The position numbers were made by a program, and so were the translations under genes. Of a stretch of 64,000 nucleotides of DNA, positions 45,410 to 54,929 are shown in pieces; positions within the stretch are counted from its first letter, which is position 1, and every line of letters starts with the position of its first letter. This stretch comes from Vicinamibacteria bacterium (lineage in GTDB: Bacteria > Acidobacteriota > Vicinamibacteria > Marinacidobacterales > Marinacidobacteraceae): NCBI GenBank assembly GCA_963555995.3, contig OY821641.1:2592001-2656000 (forward strand), in the 5' to 3' direction. The notes under the pieces are model-generated. The model did not search any database. It was not told where the DNA came from and worked only from the letters and a program-made list of their open reading frames with translations.

Positions 45410-46906
45410 TCAGGACGACGGACCCCCGTTTCCGCTTTCCTGCGCCGCCCACCACGGGATGTACCGCATTGCCTTGCGTGAGGCTGCCGCGCTTTCGGGG
45501 GTGATCGCACCGCTCTTCACGGCGTTCCGAATGAGGCGGGAGGCCGTTGCACGGTTCTGGTCGGAGATGCCGAACCGCCGCCGCAGCGACGTGTTCGTGA
45601 GGGCGTCACCGTTCACGTACCGGAGGCACGCATGGAGGTAGCAGGCCCAGTTCCGGTCGTCCGCCCCCAGCTCCCCGAGTTTCTTCCGGGCGTGAAGGGT
45701 CACGCGAGTGAAGCCTCGCGGCTTCTGGAACCGGGGCGGCGGAAGCTCGTGCGCCTCGATTTCCTCGACCACCCGGTCTATGCCCATGCCCCGTTCCTCG
45801 CTGAAACCGAACCGGCGCATGAGCGAGGCGAGCCGGTCGTTGCGGGACTGCGGCGGCGCGTCCACCAGGCGCTCCGTCTCCACCAGCGGTTCGCCCGGAT
45901 TCGTGATCTCGATCCGGCCGTCGAAGATCTCGACCATCGGCCCCGCCCCGCGCACCGCAAGGTCCTGATGGATCAGCGCGTTGGCCACCAGTTCCCGCAC
46001 CGCGACCGGGGGAAACGTCCACTCGATTTCCCGTCGGACCCGGCCAATGACTTCCCGTGACGGCAACTGGCCGTCCAACTGCTGGTTCAGGCGGTCGAGG
46101 CAGCGTGCGTAACCGTCCTCGAACTCCCACTCCCGGGCCTCGCCGGTGCGCCCGGAGCCGCGGTAACGGATGAGCCGCACCGCCTTCCGGCCCAGCTCGG
46201 GAAAGTCCGCCAGCCGTCGCGCCAGCAGCACCGCTCCCAGGTTCGTAACGTCCCACCCTCCGGAAACCCCCGGACGGAGCAACCCGTCCATGGCGAGCAC
46301 CTTGAGGGCGGAGCGCCGATTCCCCGGCGCGGGCTGACGCAGCCGCTCGAAGTACGCGGGGTAATCGAGCAACTGCGCGACCTCTGCCTCGGGGAGGTTC
46401 TCCGCCGCGATACGGGCCTCGAACGGCGTCGCGTCGAAGACGCGCCAGAGCGCCCGTTCGTATTCCGGGAACCTGTCGAGCCGCCGGGTCTGGCTTTCGA
46501 TGCGGAGGAATCTCTCCCCTCCGAAGGCCACCGGCTGGGTCCGCGCAGGGCTGACCTGGAGGACGACGACGCGCTTGTGGTCCACCTCCACTTCGTGGAA
46601 TTCAAAGGGAACGGACGGCGTCAACTGCTGGAGCAGCCACGGGATCAGCGGCTCGCTCCCCTTCGTTTCCTTCCGGGGCTGGAACCGGGTCCCCACGATC
46701 GCATGGGTGCCGTCTTCCACCCCCCAGACCAGGTAGCCGGCGAGCTGGCCGCCAAGCGCCGCGCTGTTGGCGAGCGCCGAGATGCGCTGGCCGATCATCC
46801 TCGGCTCGTTCTGGTTGACCTTGAACTCCACCCACTCGTTCTCCGCCGGCAGTCTGCACAACTCCCGGACCCGCGCCACGATGGACGCGACCTCCCCGCC
46901 GGTCAT
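45410..46906 (-). CDS. Schlafen/AlbA_2 plus HATPase_c_4 and wHTH protein
   Basis: ENEWVEFK, ISALANSA, YLVWGVED, RELVANALIHQD, SRNDRLASLMRR, EERGMGID, LTNTSLRRRFG. Confidence 0.9.
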   Translation of the reverse strand: MTGGEVASIVARVRELCRLPAENEWVEFKVNQNEPRMIGQRISALANSAALGGQLAGYLVWGVEDGTHAIVGTRFQPRKETKGSEPLIPWLLQQLTPSVPFEFHEVEVDHKRVVVLQVSPARTQPVAFGGERFLRIESQTRRLDRFPEYERALWRVFDATPFEARIAAENLPEAEVAQLLDYPAYFERLRQPAPGNRRSALKVLAMDGLLRPGVSGGWDVTNLGAVLLARRLADFPELGRKAVRLIRYRGSGRTGEAREWEFEDGYARCLDRLNQQLDGQLPSREVIGRVRREIEWTFPPVAVRELVANALIHQDLAVRGAGPMVEIFDGRIEITNPGEPLVETERLVDAPPQSRNDRLASLMRRFGFSEERGMGIDRVVEEIEAHELPPPRFQKPRGFTRVTLHARKKLGELGADDRNWACYLHACLRYVNGDALTNTSLRRRFGISDQNRATASRLIRNAVKSGAITPESAAASRKAMRYIPWWAAQESGNGGPSS

Positions 46907-47005
46907 CGTCCGACGCCTTCCGAGCCCGCCCGGCGTCCCGCCAAACCCGGTGCCCAGGCGATGGAACCCGAGGACTCCGGCGGGGTTGAAGAGCACATGG
47001 GCGCA

Positions 47006-47058
47006 TCTTATATCGCATTTCGATCAAATAAAGTAACACAACTTTTTACAATGACTTA
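47006..47058. repeat. AT-rich site, partner of 45316-45385
   Basis: tcttatatcgcatttcgatcaaata (23 of 25 identical to 45361-45385), then tttttacaatgactta. Confidence 0.75.
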
Positions 47059-47136
47059 GCATAGATTCTGGATTACTGGAGCACTTCCCGATCAAGGAAA
47101 CCCACGCCGCCCACGGACGTGGTGCCGTGTGAGCAG

Positions 47137-47160
47137 GGAGCGCCGGTCTTCAGACCGGCA
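47137..47160. repeat. REP-like palindrome
   Basis: ggagcgccggtcttcagaccggca. Confidence 0.8.
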
Positions 47161-47226
47161 TCGCCCGCCGTCGGCGGGCGAATGGCGCCGCCCCCCGCTC
47201 GAGACCCCGAATACGATTCGCGGTCC

Positions 47227-49239
47227 GTGTCCGACGATCCCCCCTATGCGCTGCCGAAAGATACGCGGGTCAAGGAATACAAGATCAAGCGAGTCCTCGG
47301 TAGGGGTGGGTTCGGGATCACTTATCTGGTTCACGACCTCAACCTGAAGGGCCCGGTAGCACTGAAGGAGTACTTCCCCGCTGAATACGCCCGACGTGTG
47401 CAAGACGGCTCGGTAAGGCCCATTTCGCCCGAGAGCCGGGCCAACTTCGATTGGGGCCGGAAGCGTTTCGTGGAGGAGGCGCAGACACTCCATCGGTTGC
47501 GGCATCCCAACGTGGTCCGCGTGCTCCAGTGTTTCGAAGCGCATGGCACGGCCTACATCGTGATGGAGCACATCAAGGGCAGGCCGCTGGAGAAGATTCT
47601 CGCTGAACGTGAGCGTCTTCCGGCAGCCGAATGGAAGTCACTGCTCGATCAGCTATTGAACGGGCTCGAGCATGTGCATGAGCACGGCTACCTCCACAGG
47701 GATGTCAAGCCGGGGAACATCATGATTCGTGACCACGGTGCCGAGCCAGTGTTCATTGATTTCGGCAGCGCTCGTGTAGACGCCCAGGATCCCCACACCA
47801 GGGTGCTAACGGAGGCATACGCCCCGCTGGAGCAAGGGATGGGAGAGAAGGAGGGGCCGCCGACCGATCTCTATTCACTCGCCGTCGTGTCGTACCGCGC
47901 GCTACTCGGCAAGCTGCCCCCCAAAGCGCAGAATCGCGCCGTTGAGGACACGATCGCTCGTCTGGAGCAGCGCGTGACCGGGGCAGAGCGCGCGTGGCTC
48001 GCTGCCCTCGATCAATGCCTGAACCTGTATCCCAGAGACCGCCCACAGTCGGTGGCAAACCTCCGGGAGATGCTGGCGAAACCGGCTGGCGCGTCGGACC
48101 GGATGGTCACGCCGCTCTGGGAGACGATCCGACATCCGGTACGTGCCGCACGAAGGCGGGCAGTGCGGAGATATGGCCAAGCGTTTGACCGCAAACTCGA
48201 GAAACACGGAAGCACGATATGGCTCATTGAGTACATGGGTTCGCCGTACGACGGGTGGAAAGTCATCAGGCGGGTAGAAGCTCTGGCGGGTGGAGAAATG
48301 AGCGCGGTCGTGTCCGAGCCCATGCACACCGGCGCCCGAGCTGGTAGGGACCCGCTCTTCGAAAGGCGAGTGGCCACGGAGGAGGAGGGGCTCGCGTGGC
48401 TCTATGAGTTGGAAACGAACGGCAGGATCGCGGAGGCAGCGCGGGAACGGATCGAGAGCTGGCGGAGCCCCAGGAACGAGGACAGCAATGGCAAGACCCT
48501 TTCCGGCGTTATCAGCGTGGATCTCCGCCTGATCCCGCTCCCGTCGTGGAATCGACGGAGTCCTGACGGTGGACCTTACGAATTCCCGACCGTAAACGGC
48601 GTCCGCGTGTGGGATCTCGGCATCCGAACTACAACGCTTCCACCAGTGGGCACCGATGGGGTAACCCGGTTCTCCGGGACCGTCACGGAGTCGCTCCCGT
48701 TGGTGTGGTGGGAAGTGGAGTGGTATCCGTACGGCGCACAGGACGGAAAGCCCCTGCCGTGGTATTTGCCGGGCTCTGTGGGATTCGCGACGTCCCTTGA
48801 GGTACGGAAGCACAAATCTGCCCGTCGCGCGCTACCGCCCAGCTTGGCAGAGAAGATCAGAGCGTGGGACGCCACGAATCACGAATTCGAGGCGATCTCG
48901 TTCAGGGTATCGGGCCAAGTATGGGCGCACGGGAAACACGCCCCGAGAACGTGGCAGCGCAAAAGCGCCCCCGGTGACGGTTGGTGGGTATTGGCAGCGG
49001 CGTTGCTGACGGCCGCGAGTTGCGTCACTCTGTGGGAGGGTGATCGGTGGGCGATCTTGCAGTTCCCTTCCATGCTCGGGGTCTGGATTCTGATCCTCTG
49101 GAAGAAGTTGTGGCGATTTGTTTCGTTTCATGGGAGTGGACTTGATTTCGGCAACGACCAGAGTGGGCTTGAAGGCGGCTGCGGCTGTCTTCTGGTCCTT
49201 GTGGCCTGTACGGTCGCTCCTTTCCTTCGGCACTGCTGA
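47227..49239 (+). CDS. Ser/Thr protein kinase with unknown C-terminal region and terminal TM segments
   Basis: LGRGGFG, VALKEYFP, HRDVKPGN, DFG, YAPLE, TDLYSL; GTG start at 47227 inferred by alignment with the kinase at 55945. Confidence 0.9.
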   Translation: MSDDPPYALPKDTRVKEYKIKRVLGRGGFGITYLVHDLNLKGPVALKEYFPAEYARRVQDGSVRPISPESRANFDWGRKRFVEEAQTLHRLRHPNVVRVLQCFEAHGTAYIVMEHIKGRPLEKILAERERLPAAEWKSLLDQLLNGLEHVHEHGYLHRDVKPGNIMIRDHGAEPVFIDFGSARVDAQDPHTRVLTEAYAPLEQGMGEKEGPPTDLYSLAVVSYRALLGKLPPKAQNRAVEDTIARLEQRVTGAERAWLAALDQCLNLYPRDRPQSVANLREMLAKPAGASDRMVTPLWETIRHPVRAARRRAVRRYGQAFDRKLEKHGSTIWLIEYMGSPYDGWKVIRRVEALAGGEMSAVVSEPMHTGARAGRDPLFERRVATEEEGLAWLYELETNGRIAEAARERIESWRSPRNEDSNGKTLSGVISVDLRLIPLPSWNRRSPDGGPYEFPTVNGVRVWDLGIRTTTLPPVGTDGVTRFSGTVTESLPLVWWEVEWYPYGAQDGKPLPWYLPGSVGFATSLEVRKHKSARRALPPSLAEKIRAWDATNHEFEAISFRVSGQVWAHGKHAPRTWQRKSAPGDGWWVLAAALLTAASCVTLWEGDRWAILQFPSMLGVWILILWKKLWRFVSFHGSGLDFGNDQSGLEGGCGCLLVLVACTVAPFLRHC

Positions 49240-49240
49240 C

Positions 49241-50584
49241 GTGTCCCGCTTGCACCTCACCTCATCCCTGACGGCTCTTCGTCCTCCTCCACGCACCAAT
49301 ACGGTGCCCGGTCCATGTCACCGCACGGTGCAGTGCCTCACACTCGTTGTGGCGACGCTGGCCTCCTTGGGCTCCACACGCGTTCAAGCGCAGCCACAGA
49401 CTACCGAACCCGCCGTCGTTCGCGTCCTGTTCGCCACTGAGGACGGGTTCGGGGCCGGGTCGGGGTTCTTCGTGAACGACACGCACATCGTCACGAACGA
49501 GCACCTTGTTTCGCATCCCAGTTCAGCTCCCGAATTGTTCGTTTTGTTTGCCGGGCAGGACACCCCGGAACCGGTAGAACTCGACTGGTCGAACCCCGAA
49601 CTCGATCTGGCCGTGCTTGGCTACACCGGTGGCACCTCTCGCGGGGTGCTCGCACTCACCACGGCCGATCCCGCTCGCGGCGCGGAAGTGTTCGCGCTCG
49701 GCTATCCCGGGCCGGCCGATGCCGGCTCGCTTGGCGGGGCCGCGTCGAGCACGCTCACCGAGGGCATCCTGAGCAGGGCGCCGTTCGAGGCGCAGTGGGG
49801 GCGCGACGGAACCGCCTTCGCCCGTGTGCTCCAGCACAGCGCCGCCATCAATCCGGGGAGCAGCGGAGGCCCGCTCGTGAATGCCTGTGGCGCGGTCGTC
49901 GGCGTGAACACGAGCGGCGCTTTCAGCGAGCTGCGGGACGCCGACGGCAACCTCATCGGGACGAGCGCCGCTCAGGGCATCTTCTTCGCCCTGACGGCTT
50001 CGGAACTCCGCGCGGAACTTGGGCGGCGCGGAGTGGACTTTTCCCTTGCCGAAGAGTGCGAATCCGAGGCGGGCGCAGCGCCGTTTCTTCCCTTGTTCAT
50101 CGGCCTGCTTCTGGTTGCGTTGGTCGCAGCCGGCGCCTGGTTCGCGTATCGCCGCTCGCCCCCGGGCGCGGCGGGCACCCCTGTCGGCAGTAACGGGCCG
50201 CCCGCCAAACCCGCAGAGGGCGCGGGCGGACGCCCACCGGTCCACGATCCGCCGACCCCTCCGCCAACCACGGCGCGGTTCACCGGCCGATCCGGGACAC
50301 CGGACCTGTCCGTGCCGGCCCTGAAGGACGCCCGCCACGGCATCAGCATCGGCCGCAATCCTCGACTCGTGGACCGGCCGCTCTCCGACCCGACGCTCTC
50401 CCGCCGTCACTTCCGCGTCAGCCTCGATAACGGCCGCCTGTTCGTCGAGGACCTGGGCTCGACCCACGGCACCTTCGTCAACGGCGAGCGCCTGAAGCCG
50501 TACCATGCCCGCCGCCTCGAAAACGGCGATACCGTCCGCGCCGGAAAGGGAGAATGGCGGTTCACCGCTACGGAGTCCGATTGA
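49241..50584 (+). CDS. Trypsin-like serine protease - TM - FHA protein
   Basis: GSGF..VTNEHLV (His), DLAVL (Asp), NPGSSGGPL (Ser); TM FLPLFIGLLLVALVAAGAWFAY; FHA GR..SRRH..STHGT; start uncertain. Confidence 0.88.
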   Translation: MSRLHLTSSLTALRPPPRTNTVPGPCHRTVQCLTLVVATLASLGSTRVQAQPQTTEPAVVRVLFATEDGFGAGSGFFVNDTHIVTNEHLVSHPSSAPELFVLFAGQDTPEPVELDWSNPELDLAVLGYTGGTSRGVLALTTADPARGAEVFALGYPGPADAGSLGGAASSTLTEGILSRAPFEAQWGRDGTAFARVLQHSAAINPGSSGGPLVNACGAVVGVNTSGAFSELRDADGNLIGTSAAQGIFFALTASELRAELGRRGVDFSLAEECESEAGAAPFLPLFIGLLLVALVAAGAWFAYRRSPPGAAGTPVGSNGPPAKPAEGAGGRPPVHDPPTPPPTTARFTGRSGTPDLSVPALKDARHGISIGRNPRLVDRPLSDPTLSRRHFRVSLDNGRLFVEDLGSTHGTFVNGERLKPYHARRLENGDTVRAGKGEWRFTATESD

Positions 50585-50985
50585 AACTGAAGAAACATCG
50601 CGTGCTGATCGTCGGACGGGGCCGGCAGGCGGATATCCGGTTGGACCACCGGACCGTGTCACGCCTGCATCTGGAGCTGGTGTTGGGAGCGGGCGGCGAG
50701 ATTCACGTCGCGGATCGGTCGAGCCGGAACGGCACTCGCGTCCGGTCGGACGGAAAGTGGCAGGCCCTCACCGCGCAGTCCGTGTCCCCTGCGGACCGCC
50801 TGCAGCTCGGCGATCTGGAGACCACGGTAGAGGACCTGCTGCAGCGAGTGCCGGCGGAGCCTCCCGACACCGGCCGGCGCTCTGACGACGGCCCGGGCGG
50901 GCGGCCGGATGCCGCCCCGGACCCGGATCTCCCTTCCGGCCCGGTTCGCCGGAATCCCGAAACCGGCGAAGTGATCCGCGGCTGA
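50581..50985 (+). CDS. FHA-domain protein
   Basis: VGR, VSRLH, SRNGT; TTGA overlap with the upstream stop. Confidence 0.85.
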   Translation: MKLKKHRVLIVGRGRQADIRLDHRTVSRLHLELVLGAGGEIHVADRSSRNGTRVRSDGKWQALTAQSVSPADRLQLGDLETTVEDLLQRVPAEPPDTGRRSDDGPGGRPDAAPDPDLPSGPVRRNPETGEVIRG

Positions 50986-50990
50986 ACACG

Positions 50991-51755
50991 ATGGCGGACC
51001 CCGGCGAACTTCGCGACCGCCTGACGACGGCGGCGCCCGCCATCGGGCTCGGGTCGGCGTTCGTGGCCGTGTTGAGCCTGCTGCTGACCGAAGGCTGGGC
51101 CGCCGACTTCCTGCTCGACCGCAACTCGACAGTGTTCCCCTATCCGTTCACGATCCAGAACGTCATGTGGCTGCTCTTCTTCGGCGCCTTGGGAGAACTC
51201 TGGGTCCGCTTCCAGCGGAGCAGTCTCGAACGGGTCCAACTGCGGCAGAAACTCCTGCCGGAGGACGAGGAAACGATGCTGCGCATTCAGGACCTGGGCG
51301 CGGTCCGCGCGCGTTGCCGGGGGGAAGAGCGGTTCTTCGTTCAACGGCTCGTGTCCCGCTGCGTCCTCCAGTTCCAGAGCTCGAAATCCACCGAACGCGC
51401 CAACGCGCTCCTCGACTCGTCGCTCAACCTGATGCAGCACGAAGTGGACAACAAGTACGCGATCGTCCGCTATCTGGTGTGGGTCATCCCGACGATCGGC
51501 TTCATCGGCACCGTGGTGGGAATCGCCGCCGCGCTCAACAGCGCAGGCGCCGCCGAGGACTACCAGGACCCCGCGCTCCTCGGAGAACTGACCCGCGATC
51601 TGGGCGTCGCTTTCTACACTACGATGCTGGCGTTGATCCAGTCGGCATTGCTGGTTCTCGCCCAGAATCAGGTGCAGGCGCGCGAGGAGGGAGCGCTGAA
51701 CGAGGCGGGCCAGTACTGTCTCGACAACCTGATCAACCGACTCTACGAGAAGTGA
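50991..51755 (+). CDS. MotA/TolQ/ExbB proton-channel family protein
   Basis: IPTIGFIGTVVGI...LGVAFYTTMLAL; four hydrophobic segments. Confidence 0.88.
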   Translation: MADPGELRDRLTTAAPAIGLGSAFVAVLSLLLTEGWAADFLLDRNSTVFPYPFTIQNVMWLLFFGALGELWVRFQRSSLERVQLRQKLLPEDEETMLRIQDLGAVRARCRGEERFFVQRLVSRCVLQFQSSKSTERANALLDSSLNLMQHEVDNKYAIVRYLVWVIPTIGFIGTVVGIAAALNSAGAAEDYQDPALLGELTRDLGVAFYTTMLALIQSALLVLAQNQVQAREEGALNEAGQYCLDNLINRLYEK

Positions 51756-51765
51756 GGCAGCGCCC

Positions 51766-52422
51766 ATGCCCGTGTATCGAACCCCCGATGGCCGGATCGT
51801 GGAGGAGCGGACCAAGCAGCGGCTGCTCGGGGGACGCCGGAAAACCACCGCTCCCGACAGCGAGCGGACCACGGTTGCGAACGCCGGGGACGAAGCCCCG
51901 CCGTCCCCGAATCCGCCGCGCCGCGGCTACGGTGATCCCACCGTGGTGCACGCGCCTCGTACCCGGGGTACCGGCGCCACGTCTCCCCCAGTAGCTCCCG
52001 ACAGGGAAACGACGCGGCTTCATGGAAGCATCGGTGGAAGCGCGACGGGCGTGGAGGGAGCGCCGCCCGTCGTGGACCCCGTGGCGGGGTGGCTCGTCGT
52101 GGTGGACGGCCCCGGAACCGGGACGGACCTGCGAATCGGCATCGGCCAGAACGTAGTTGGCCGCGATCCCGAGAACCGGATCGGACTCGCTTTCGGGGAC
52201 CGGAAGATCTCCCGCCGCGATCACCTCCGGGTCAACTACGACCATGAGCGCCGCGTGTTCTCGGTGGTGCCCGGGACCAGCGCGAACCTCGCGTATCTGA
52301 ACGGGACGGCGATCGAACAGCGCTCGGTCCTCGCGGCGGGCGACACGATCCGCATCGGACGCACCACGCTGCGCTTCGTCGCCTTCTGCGGAGACGACTT
52401 CAACTGGCCGGATGAGGACTGA
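51766..52422 (+). CDS. FHA-domain protein with Thr-rich disordered N-terminus
   Basis: PVAGWLVVVDGPG, VGR, ISRRDH, YLNG, IRIGRTTLRFVAFCG..F.W. Confidence 0.87.
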   Translation: MPVYRTPDGRIVEERTKQRLLGGRRKTTAPDSERTTVANAGDEAPPSPNPPRRGYGDPTVVHAPRTRGTGATSPPVAPDRETTRLHGSIGGSATGVEGAPPVVDPVAGWLVVVDGPGTGTDLRIGIGQNVVGRDPENRIGLAFGDRKISRRDHLRVNYDHERRVFSVVPGTSANLAYLNGTAIEQRSVLAAGDTIRIGRTTLRFVAFCGDDFNWPDED

Positions 52423-53542
52423 TCGCGGCGGCCCGGCACGGCTCGCTCGCGGAGCCAGCGCCGCTACGGCCCTCACCGTCCTGGCGGTCGGCTGCGGAAC
52501 CTCGGGGGTGGGTGCGGACCCGCCGTGGTTCCTCGTCGCGCTTGGGACGGCGGCGCTCCTGGCCTTGGCGGTGTTCGGGCTGGAATTCGCGTTCCGAGGT
52601 TTGCGGATGCGGCGCGCCGCGGTCGGCTCGCCGGGCTCGGGAATCCGCCACGCCCACGGCCAGTCCCTGGGCAAGCGGGAGCGACAGGAAGACGACCTCG
52701 GGCACATTGACGGCGACACCCTCGACCCGGAAGGCAACCATTCCGTCGTCCTGGTGGCGGACGGAATGGGCGGCCACGCCGCCGGCGAGGTGGCGAGCCG
52801 CGCCGCCGTCCGCGGCTTCGTGCAGGCGTACGGAACGCGGGGACCCGCCCCGAACCGCCTCCGGTCGGCGCTCGACCGGGCGAACGCGGCCATCGCCGAA
52901 GAGAGGGATCGGGACAGGGCGCTCTTCGGCATGGGAACCACCCTGGTCGCGGCGGCGGTGACCGAACAGGGACTCCACTGGATCAGCGTCGGCGATTCCC
53001 CGCTCTATCTCTTCCGCGCCGGACGGCTCGAACGGCTGAACGAGGACCATTCGATGCGGCCCGTGATCGCCCGCCTGCTGGAGGAAGATCCGGAAGCGGC
53101 GTCCAACTACAGCCCGAACCAGCTTCTTTCCGCGCTCATGGGCGGCCACATCGAGAAGACGGACGCCCCGGCGACGCCCCGACGACTCGAAGCCGGGGAC
53201 ATCGTTCTGGTAGCGACCGACGGCCTTGAGACCCTCGATGAGGAGGAGACGGAGGCCCTGATCGCGGAGCATCGCGGCGGAGGTCCGGACGCGGTCCGCG
53301 ACGCCCTGCTGCGAGCCGTCGAGGCGAAGGATCATCCCCGTCAGGACAACACGAGCCTGTTCGTGATCGAGGTCGAGCGGAGTTCGGTGAACGGCGGACC
53401 GTCAAGGGACCCGGGCGAGGCGGCGGCAGCGGAACCAGCCACGGAACCTCCGGGAGACGAGGCCGACGGGCGCTCGGCAGAGCCGCGCCCCGACGGACCG
53501 GCAGGCAGCGACGAAGGAGGCGGCGATGCGCGGGACGGGTAG
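52412..53542 (+). CDS. Membrane-anchored PP2C-family Ser/Thr phosphatase
   Basis: RQEDD, VADGMGGH, MGTTL, VGDS, DHS, ATDGL, QDNTS; N-terminal LAVGC and TM. Confidence 0.92.
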   Translation: MRTDRGGPARLARGASAATALTVLAVGCGTSGVGADPPWFLVALGTAALLALAVFGLEFAFRGLRMRRAAVGSPGSGIRHAHGQSLGKRERQEDDLGHIDGDTLDPEGNHSVVLVADGMGGHAAGEVASRAAVRGFVQAYGTRGPAPNRLRSALDRANAAIAEERDRDRALFGMGTTLVAAAVTEQGLHWISVGDSPLYLFRAGRLERLNEDHSMRPVIARLLEEDPEAASNYSPNQLLSALMGGHIEKTDAPATPRRLEAGDIVLVATDGLETLDEEETEALIAEHRGGGPDAVRDALLRAVEAKDHPRQDNTSLFVIEVERSSVNGGPSRDPGEAAAAEPATEPPGDEADGRSAEPRPDGPAGSDEGGGDARDG

Positions 53543-54929
53543 CGCTGCCCTCGTGGCGGCCGTCGTTCTCTTGGGTTTTGCCGCACTGGTGCGAGCGCAG
53601 CCACCGGACCTCAGCGACGTCCGGGAACAGGTGGTCATCGTGCGGGCCTTCGATGCCATGGGGCGCGCGCTGGGCGACATCTCCGGTTTCGCGGTCGGCG
53701 GCGGGTTCGTGGCCACGAACGCCGCGCTGCTCGCCGGAGCGGAGGACGTGGTGATCGTTCTGCCGGAGACCCGCGACGAGTTTCCGGCCGCGGTGGCCGT
53801 TCTGGAACGGCGTTCGGGGGTGGCGGTCCTCCAGGCGGACGGCTTCGGAGCCGCGGGATTGCGCTTCGCCGCCCCGGAAGCGGAGCCGGCGCAGGGCCAG
53901 GGGCTCTACCTGCCCCGCTTCGCCTCCGACGGAACGCTGGACGCGGAAGCGGTTCGCGGTTCGATTTCCGAACTGCGGATCATCGAGCCGACGGCGGTGG
54001 GGGAGCGGGACGTGTTGCTCTACCGCCACAACGCTCCGGCGACGGCGCGCCAGTACGGGATGCCGCTGCTCAACGACTGCGGTGAGGCGGTCGGGCAGTT
54101 GCGCACCGACCCCGACATGTCGCGCACCACCCTGAACGCCCGGCCCGATCCGGGACCCGCCCCGTTCGCGGCAGCGGCGGTGGCGGTTCGCGACGTGCTC
54201 GCTGCGGCCGGGGCCGAACCGGGGCTCGCGGACGAGCCGTGCCTCGATCCGGTCGCCGCAGCGGAGGCGGCGCGGCGGGAGGCGGACGCGGCAGCGGCGC
54301 GGGCCGAGGCCGCCGCCGCGGAAGCGGCAACAGCCGGCGAGGAGCGTGACGCCGCCCGCGAGGAAGCCGAGGCTGCCCGGACGGCGGCGGAAGAGAGTCA
54401 GGCGGAGCGGGAGTCTGCGGAGGCCGAGGCGGAGCGCCTGGCGAGACAGCGCCGCTGGCTTGGGGCTGCGGTGATTCTCGGGATGGCGGTGGTCGTCGCC
54501 GTCATCTTTCTGCTCGCCCAGCGGCTCCGCCGCCGCCGTGAGGCGCTCGCCGCCTCGAAGAAGGAACTGGAAGGGGCCCTCCGCCCGGCCGCTTTCTCCT
54601 GTCTCCTCGACGGCGCCCACGAGAGCGGGCGGGGCTACGCGCTGAAGATCAGCGCCGAGCAGCTTGGTTCGCCCTCGGGGGTGGTCGTGGGGAGGAACCC
54701 CGCCCAGGCGGGAGCCTTGCTCGACCACCCGGAAGCCTCGCGCGAACACCTCCGGCTCACGGCGCGGGGTGACGAACTTGCCGTGACGGATCTCCACTCC
54801 ACGAACGGGACCTTCGTGAACGGCGAGCGGCTGGAAGCGGGAGCGGAGAGCCCAGTGGCGGACGGCGCCGAGATCGGCGTCGGATCGGCCATCACGCTGC
54901 GCCTGACGGTCCAGCGAACCGAAACATGA
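53526..54929 (+). CDS. Catalytically dead trypsin-like - coiled coil - TM - FHA protein
   Basis: Signal peptide; SGF..VATNAALL, SGVAVL, RQYGMPLLNDCG (triad lost); Ala/Glu coiled coil; TM; FHA GR..SREH..STNGT. Confidence 0.82.
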   Translation: MRGTGSAALVAAVVLLGFAALVRAQPPDLSDVREQVVIVRAFDAMGRALGDISGFAVGGGFVATNAALLAGAEDVVIVLPETRDEFPAAVAVLERRSGVAVLQADGFGAAGLRFAAPEAEPAQGQGLYLPRFASDGTLDAEAVRGSISELRIIEPTAVGERDVLLYRHNAPATARQYGMPLLNDCGEAVGQLRTDPDMSRTTLNARPDPGPAPFAAAAVAVRDVLAAAGAEPGLADEPCLDPVAAAEAARREADAAAARAEAAAAEAATAGEERDAAREEAEAARTAAEESQAERESAEAEAERLARQRRWLGAAVILGMAVVVAVIFLLAQRLRRRREALAASKKELEGALRPAAFSCLLDGAHESGRGYALKISAEQLGSPSGVVVGRNPAQAGALLDHPEASREHLRLTARGDELAVTDLHSTNGTFVNGERLEAGAESPVADGAEIGVGSAITLRLTVQRTET

